DNA of 64,000 nt from Eledone cirrhosa. Its lineage: Eukaryota. The notes beneath the pieces are model-generated. The model searched no databases and was not told where the DNA came from. It worked only from the letters and a program-made list of their open reading frames with translations. The translations under genes were made by a program, and so were the position numbers. Where the stretch lies: positions 57,474,001 through 57,538,000 of the forward strand of contig OZ024745.1 in NCBI GenBank assembly GCA_964016885.1, written 5' to 3'. Numbering within the stretch: the first letter of the stretch is position 1; the number at the start of each line of letters is the position of its first letter. Below are positions 56,833 to 64,000 of this stretch, one piece after another.

Positions 56833-58312
56833 TATATCAGCACAGGAAGGTATACAGTGCATATGCGTTTAATTATGTGCATGTAATTGTATTCGTTGTG
56901 GGAATGATTATAGATAGAACGGAAATTCCTTTCACATACACACCTACACACATACACATTGACACACACATTATATGTATGTATATATATGCGTGTATAT
57001 ATATAAATATATATATATACGCGCGCGCGCGTGTGTGTGTACATGCATGTATACAGAGAGATTTGGTAGGCGCATTAGCAATATTTTTACTATCGAAGAT
57101 TCGAGTCGTTTTTGAATTATTATGATTTACTTAAAGGGAATAAACCTAAATGTTCTGCATATTAAGCTATTTATATGTAATGAAACATTTTCCATGTAGT
57201 AATTTCAAAAATCAGGTATTTTATGGTGTAATCCTCGAATAATCTGTTGAAAAATTGTTGAAAGATGAATTTATCCTCTTTCGTTTCCAACATTTTCCAT
57301 AGAATATGGCATTTATGTTTATTTTCAGAGAGAGCATGTGAGTGATAAAACGATTACTCTAAAATGCCACATGGAACTTGACGAAACGATAGTTTGAAAT
57401 GCAGTTGTTCTATAATCCCCGCAAAGTTTAAAGAAATATCGAATAAAAAAAAGATGTGTTTCAAGAAAAGGATTAACGATCAAGGATTAGTTCTATTGAT
57501 TTTAATAGCCTTTGTGTTATTTAAACTGAAATCAGATTATAAAGCGATTGGCATTGTTTGGAATATAATTGAAAATTTAATAGCTTTCATCTGAAAATTC
57601 TTCAGGAAACTAACACGGACTAACTTGGCTGTTATTTCTGTATTACACTTAAAGAAAGCAATTATTGTAATTCCTTTGCATATGCTGACTATTTAGATTA
57701 TGTAATATCTTGATATTCTAATTAATATAATTTCAAAACATTTATTTATGATTCCATTAGAGCACTGCCAGGGAAGATCTATTATTAACATGTGATATGA
57801 AATATATAAAAAAAGGCGTCAAGAAAAGACACCTTGTTTAGCTAATATGGTTATTTACAGCAGAGGTGCATTTCAACATGACACATGATAACAGTAAACT
57901 TAAGCTTGGGCAATATAAAATAAGCAGCGCGTTCAAAATAGTTCAATACATATGTTGCAGGTATGAAAGGGTGTAATTGACGAATATCAGTGAATACACA
58001 AATGTGACAAACACATACGGACCAGTGAGTGTACTTTAGCCATGTTGAATACATTGATATAACTGAATATCCGTGGAAGTTGATATGGATGATCCTAAAA
58101 AAGTGGGAGAGAGATGATTCTTAGGTAAAACCTAACACATATGCATCAAACGACAATTTCTTTCCTCCTTCTTATTAAATAAGGCAAAATAAAGGTGCGT
58201 GTATTTTTATTGCAAGCGTGACCTTCCCAAAATTTAATAATATCTGTTTCAACACAGGTTTTCAGAAAAGAAGTCATGTAAAACAAATGCAAAATCGAAG
58301 TATGTATATAGG

Positions 58313-58603
58313 AAAAAAAGATGAAATCGAAAATGCAACTGGTGTCTTATTTTTTTAAAAATATATATATTTATTTGGTTCCTTTACCGGTTTCGCAGTT
58401 CTTCTACTTTTCAAACGTAGAGTTGAGATGGAGGGTCTGTAGTTTTTCTCACATCTCACATCTGTGAGAAAAGCCACAGACCCTCCATCTCAACTCTACT
58501 TTTGAAAAGCAGAAGAACTGCGAAACCGGTAAAGGAACCAAATATATATATATATATTTTTTTAAATAAGACTCCAGTTGCATTTTCGATTTCATCTTTT
58601 TTT
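58313..58603. mobile_element. Foldback (141 bp arms, 9 nt spacer) with an HHR in each arm (family H)
   Basis: Arms 58313-58453 and 58463-58603. Confidence 0.9.
58499..58534 (+). ncRNA. Hammerhead motif, U3-A8 core variant (family H); mirror at 58381-58418 (-)
   Basis: ctt-TTGAAAA-GCAG(aagaa)CTGC-GAAAC(cg)GTA-aag, with palindromic ACCGGT. Confidence 0.7.
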
Positions 58604-58729
58604 CTTTATACTTTCACTCGTATAGGACACCTCGGTTATTTTTCATTTTGTCAAAAAAAACCTCACTTTCTAATATATATATATACAATGATATTAAATA
58701 AATGGAAACTATATTTATAAAACCATATT

Positions 58730-58793
58730 TATTCTATTAAATATATTTCAAGGGTACCAAAAAAACTTTGGTACGCTTTCATCAGATAAAATA
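58730..58793 (-). ncRNA. Hammerhead motif (family E) inside inverted repeat 58686-58738 / 58866-58918
   Basis: tattttat-CTGATGA-AAGCGTACCAAAG..TTTGGTACCCTT-GAAAT(atat)TTA-atagaata: 8 bp stem I, one mismatch in stem III. Confidence 0.6.
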
Positions 58794-59037
58794 CAAAGAG
58801 TGTTTTAAAAATGTTGACATAGCCAAGGAAATCATACCTTATCAGTTGATTTCCTTGGCTGTCAAAATAGAATAAATATGGTTTTATAAATATAGCTTCC
58901 ATTTATTTAATATCATTGAATATTTACTCAAAACTCTGTCGAGTGCTCTGAATCAGTTATAAACATTCATATTTGTTGTATTTCCAACAAATTAAAAATC
59001 CCTTCTACTTATATATATTTATATATATATATATATA

Positions 59038-59906
59038 ACGAGTTTGTATCAAAAAGATTCCAGACTAGCTCTGTACCGCGCCAACATACGGCAACACAGT
59101 TGCGCGTCAAATGAGGGCTAGCAGTGTCCTGCATGCACCTGTGTGCTGGGTGACATCGCTGTGCCGCCATTGTAAGTCGTGAAATTATTGATTTCGTGAT
59201 CAGGTTTACGCTGTAGCCTGCGAATTTGCCATGAGCAGGAAGGTGGAACAAAGAGCCAGTGAGGAATGTTGCGTTGAACTTGCGAGGTCAAGCACAGAGA
59301 CATTGAGTATCCTTCCGCAAGCTTACTGCATCGAAACAAAGAAGGCACCACAGAGCCGCAGCTCAATCAAGAACTTGCTCATCGTTTTTTTTTTCTTGTT
59401 TAGATCCGTGGTATTGATCCCGGTGCCAGAATGTCAATCGAGAATTCTATTGCAATATTTTGAAGCTTTTGAGGAAGAACATTCGCCGAAAGCGACCGGA
59501 TCTATGAGGCACGAATAATTGGATTTTTTACGACAGCAATGCACCATGTGACCGAGCTCATCTCATTCCTGTGTTTCTCGCCCAAAACAACATTCTATCG
59601 CTTCCGCACACGACATATCCATCCTATTTATCACCTGCGGACATCCAGCTCTTCTCCACAATAAAACTGCAAATCAATGGTCACCGTTTTAACACTGTTG
59701 TCGAGATCCAGAGCGAATCACAAGAAGATCCCCAAAACTCCCTTACGGAAATTGTCATCCAGGCTGGATCCCAAAATAGGTAGGAACGCTGGGAGCGATG
59801 TATAGCTGCGCAAGGTGATTTCAAAGGAGATGATGTTGAAACCAAATTAAATATATTATATATTTTTTAAACATAACTAGTCTGGGAACTTTTTGATACC
59901 ACGTCA
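59038..59906 (+). mobile_element. Internally deleted mariner transposon
   Basis: ~30 bp TIRs (gtatcaaaaag.ttcc.agactag) with TA flanks. Remnants: EQRA..CVELARSSTETL, LLIVFF, LPHTTYPSYLSPAD (decayed YSPDLAP), RWERCIAAQGD. Confidence 0.9.
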
Positions 59907-60007
59907 TATACATATATATATATTTGCTCTACGGTTCTTATATATTTGATATATATTCATCCTTATCGAGCCCTCTTTGGTTTCTTAGTCTTCAAATTTA
60001 TAATTAT

Positions 60008-60048
<41 letters not shown>

Positions 60049-61089
60049 TGTATGTATGTATGTACATATGCACCTATGCATGTGTGTATGTACGTATGCA
60101 TGTATGTATGTATGTATGTGTGTATGTATGTGCGTATGTATGAATATGTTTACTCTGATATCTTCACATTCTGTCATTTATATGAATATGTACAAATACA
60201 TTTTTCTTTTGGTTTATATTAATATATTCTTCATAAACGGATCTATCGATCTGTATAGAAAGAATAATCGCACGTTTATTCTTTGAGAATCGTTAGATTC
60301 ATGGCGCTTAACCAAGTTGTAATGATTTAAGGCATTTCAAAAGTTACATTGATAACGATAGTTCTATAAATCATGTAATTCACTTTGATTGTATCGCTTT
60401 ACTTGTGAAATTGCCTCAATAATGATGGAAAGTATCATGACATGTACAGCTGACATAAAAAAACCGACCGATATTACAAATACTCGGTAAAATATATATC
60501 AGACACATAAATTCTTAATGCGTTCCTTTATACATTTCATTTACTTTCTATATATTCTCATAATCTTTGTGCTTCTTCAATAATGGGGGATTCTAAAATA
60601 GGTAGTGTAAATTGCGTTATGTTGCTGCCTCATTTAGTTTCTCAGTTCAAATCCTATTAAATTCTGTTTCACTTTATTACTTAATACGGCGAGAAAGTTG
60701 ATAAATTCTGTCTTATACGTGAACGTTCATCAAAGTGAAGCTGATACTGGTATCAGGTCATTTTAGTAACTGTGAGTGCAAGTTATTAAACATGACGATA
60801 TGTTTATTGCACAAAATAACACAAAAGTGCCCTATTGAAATGCCATATCCCATTCGCTGAGGGTGCTCATTATCTTACACTACCTGTGTATATATAACTT
60901 ACTAATATCACAATTGCAAAATCACTCGAGCGCATTTATAATCTACTTACACACATACCTGACAGAAACACACCCACTTACAGCAACATTAGTAATTAAC
61001 TTAGAAATTCAGCTGCAATTAGCGTAAACAATCGTATTAATAATGCTATTATGATTATTATTATTATTACCGTATTTATTGCCCGCTTA

Positions 61090-61129
61090 ATGTAAGCCCT
61101 GTGGTGCTAATAAAGAAACCATTATTATT
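61090..61129 (+). mobile_element. ~40 bp 3' stub of the Tx1-like LINE
   Basis: tgtaagccctgtggtgctaataaagaaaccattattatt matches 54153-54190. Confidence 0.65.
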
Positions 61130-61148
61130 GTAATTATTATGAATGTCA

Positions 61149-61822
61149 TGGCGATGGATTGGTAGTATCGGTAGAGCATCACACAACATGCTTCACAGAA
61201 TAGAGGTACGGCCCTTTATGTTCTGAGTTCAAATCCCGCCGGGGTTAGATTTGATCTTCATCCTTGCAAGCTCGATAAAATAGAGCACCAATAATGCACT
61301 GAGGCCGATTTGGTCGACATTCCCATCACCAAATTGTTGGCCTACGGTAGAAATCAGGTGGATTGGCAGTATCGGTAGAGGGTCTGACGCCATGCTTTGC
61401 AGCATAGAGTTACGGCCCTTTATGTTCTGAGTTCAAATCCCACCGAGGTTAACTTTGCTTTTCATCCTTACAGGGTTGATAAAATAAGATACCCGTAATG
61501 CACTGTAAAATTGCTGGCCTTGTGCCAAAAGTAGAAACAATTATTATTATTATTGGTAGGGCGGTGGATTGGCAGTATCGGTAGAGGGTCGGACGCCATG
61601 CTTTGACGCATGGAGTTACGGCCCTTGCCATTCTGAGTTTAAATCCCGCCGAGGTTAACTTTGCCTTTCATCCTTACGGGGTCGCTAAAATAAAGTACCA
61701 GTACTGGGATAATTGCTGGCCTTGAGCCAAAACTAGAAACAATTATTATTATTAATAGTAATAATTGTTTAACTTTTGGCACCAGGCCAGCAATTATCCT
61801 AGCGTATTACTGGTACTTTTTT
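61149..61822 (+). mobile_element. Array of three head-to-tail SINEs plus an inverted 3' fragment
   Basis: Copies at ~61149-61353 (old variant), 61357-61550 and 61559-61750; fragment at ~61760-61822 (-). Confidence 0.9.
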
Positions 61823-62002
61823 TTTTCGTGTTTGACGCGAAATGACGTACCATTTTGAGCACGTGAACTTTTGTTAATTCAAATTGATTAAATCCTGTTG
61901 CTGATAATACTTTATGTTTGAAAAAGGGTCTCCACATACTATTTGAGGCTTGGGACCAAATATTTTAACTTTATATATATTTTAATTTTTGTCTGATAAA
62001 AC

Positions 62003-62660
62003 ATGGACAGATTACGCCCCCTCCCGTTAAGTCAGCTGTCAAGTGACAGCGACTTAAATCTCGAGCGCACCAACACCACCGCTCCGACAACCATTACACA
62101 CACCAACACCACATTAAGCAATATCGCCAAACGTAGCACCAAGAAAAACAAAATAAATGAGAACAACAACGAATAACACCAATAACAACAAGACAAACAA
62201 CAACAAGAACGGCGAGAAAACAAGTGAGAACAATAACGACAACAACATCAACAAAAAGTGCAATAATGACAACAACACCAAGAACAACAGCAACAACGAC
62301 AATACCAACAAAAGCACGAACAACGTCAACACTGTCAGCAACAATGAAAAGCAGCAAAATAGCAGCAACAAAAAGAACGGCAGCAACAACAGCATCAACA
62401 GTAACGTAAACAAAAATACTTTCGCAGCCACAGCAGCTAAGAGACAAACTATACAACTTTCATTTGACAGGAAAAAAATGGGCGTAGTGACGTTGATAAG
62501 GAAATATAAGCGCGTTAGACAACTTCATAACTCTGCTGAAACTCTGCTGAAAACAGATTTTAACATTTTGGCCAAGGTATTAACGAAGAGGTTAGCGTTT
62601 GTCGATGAGGATTTGATAGGGGAGGCGTAAATTTGCGCATCCCGACCACGTCCACACAAT
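62003..62660 (+). pseudogene. Deleted Tx1-like LINE: ORF1 N-terminus fused to an RT fragment
   Basis: N-rich tract plus TFAATAAK, joined to GVVTLIRK...TLLKTDFNILAKVLTKRLAFVDEDLIGEA, which parallels 52005-52160. Confidence 0.75.
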
Positions 62661-63601
62661 ATATCATTTTTCCAAAGCACTTCCTCTTGGTGGAATATAA
62701 AGAAATGTGGGTAGTGGCTGAATTCTTAAACCAAAGCGATACAAGTATGCCACAACAGAACAGCTGAAATATTTCTACCTCATAGGAGATAAAATATTTA
62801 AGGCCACCTAAATTCTGAAGCAAAAGAAATCCAATAATGGTAGACAGAATGCGAAGAATTATGACAGCTACACCCTCAAAAATATCCTTGACTGGACCTA
62901 CAAACAGAGGTTTTGGAGAACCATCGTAAAACCACATATACATCCTCCCCAAAGTAAAGGTCTACCGGAGGATTTGAGATACTGAATATTCGTCAAGAAA
63001 GAAGCAAAAGCGTTTGAATGGCTAATTCTTTTAGAATGGTCGGAATGAATATGAGTTAGATGAGTGAACAAATTAACCTTATAAATTAAACTGACAGTTT
63101 TGAGTCCAGAATCTACAGTAACATCAACGTCTATACCGACTATATCAGCCGTAAGAACAAGGGAATGTCAAATCCACAAGAATTCTAACCATAAAATAGA
63201 CAAGAGAATCAGTACGTGCCACACAAATCACAATTTCAACATCGAATTTGAGGCTATAAGAAGGCCAACAATAACAATTAAAGATCATTAAACTTTATAT
63301 TGGAGAACTTATAACTATTCTAGTCGAGAGTGATGAAACATATGTTGAAGCTTATGTTTGTTCTGTAACTTCTACTTCTTCGGGTGTACGTTTCCATAGT
63401 ATCGGTTTGTAATTACCTGTATATTTAATGAAATATTATGCATATTTAATGAAATAGTCATGTTATAATATTTAGTTGTAAGGAAATACTAAGATTTAAT
63501 TTTATTTCACATCATATATGTGGTGCACGATGCATAAGTGACCAAATTATATTCACCCACGGCATTCTGATTTATCTCAAATATTTTATCTAGAATATAC
63601 T

Positions 63602-63698
63602 TTAACTTTGCCTTTCATCCTTCCGGGGTCGACAGAATAAAGTACCAGTAATGCATTGGGTAATTGCTGGCCTTGTGCCAAAAGTAGAAACAATTATT
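63602..63698 (+). mobile_element. SINE 3' half, main family
   Basis: ttaactttgcctttcatcc...agtagaaacaatt. Confidence 0.85.
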
Positions 63699-64000
63699 TT
63701 CCAAAACATGAATATTTTAGTGAAAACAAATTAGCTGCGATTTCTATCAGGCCGGGTTAGAATGCTACTACGTGGCGCAAATCATGGATGTCATGTCATG
63801 TTATATCTAATATTTCTAATATTTAACACAATATATTTAAAATATATATTTAATCAGGGCACATTGACGTAACTATTTCTTTTATATGTAATGATGATAC
63901 TCTTTGAGTGTTGTTCAGACGAAGATTTGAGATGTTATTCAATGTTTACATGTTTTTATAGACTACACTCTGAAGATACTGCATAAATACTTCTATTTTC

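Noticed and set aside
57329-57337. Possible 9 nt micro-exon (ttttcag|agagagcat|gtgagt)
   Set aside because: Such matches are expected by chance and there is no host gene context; it needs RNA-seq.

Overview
AT-rich eukaryotic DNA made almost entirely of repeats and microsatellites. The SINE, RTE and Dong content resembles an octopod cephalopod (inference from family recognition only). No host protein-coding gene can be supported; most track ORFs are microsatellite read-throughs. Recognisable contents: a decayed RepHel Helitron (35.8-42.6 kb, -) and a non-autonomous one (2.25-3.35 kb); a decayed L1/Tx1-like LINE embedded in (ATT)n (49.0-54.2 kb) plus two remnants; Dong/R4, RTE and mariner fragments; about 15 copies of one tRNA-type SINE; and three Penelope-like element (PLE) ORF remnants. 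The most striking signal is not in the ORF track. About 15 minimal type I hammerhead ribozyme (HHR) motifs with intact cores and about 6 decayed ones occur in about 8 repeat families. Most sit in head-to-head foldbacks beside (TA)n tracts. One family is non-coding, tandem and circularly permuted with a 430-530 bp monomer, like a retrozyme. Two families carry a compensatory U3-A8 core and several carry an unusual U.U or A.A at the base of stem II. All folds were assigned by eye and none has been tested.
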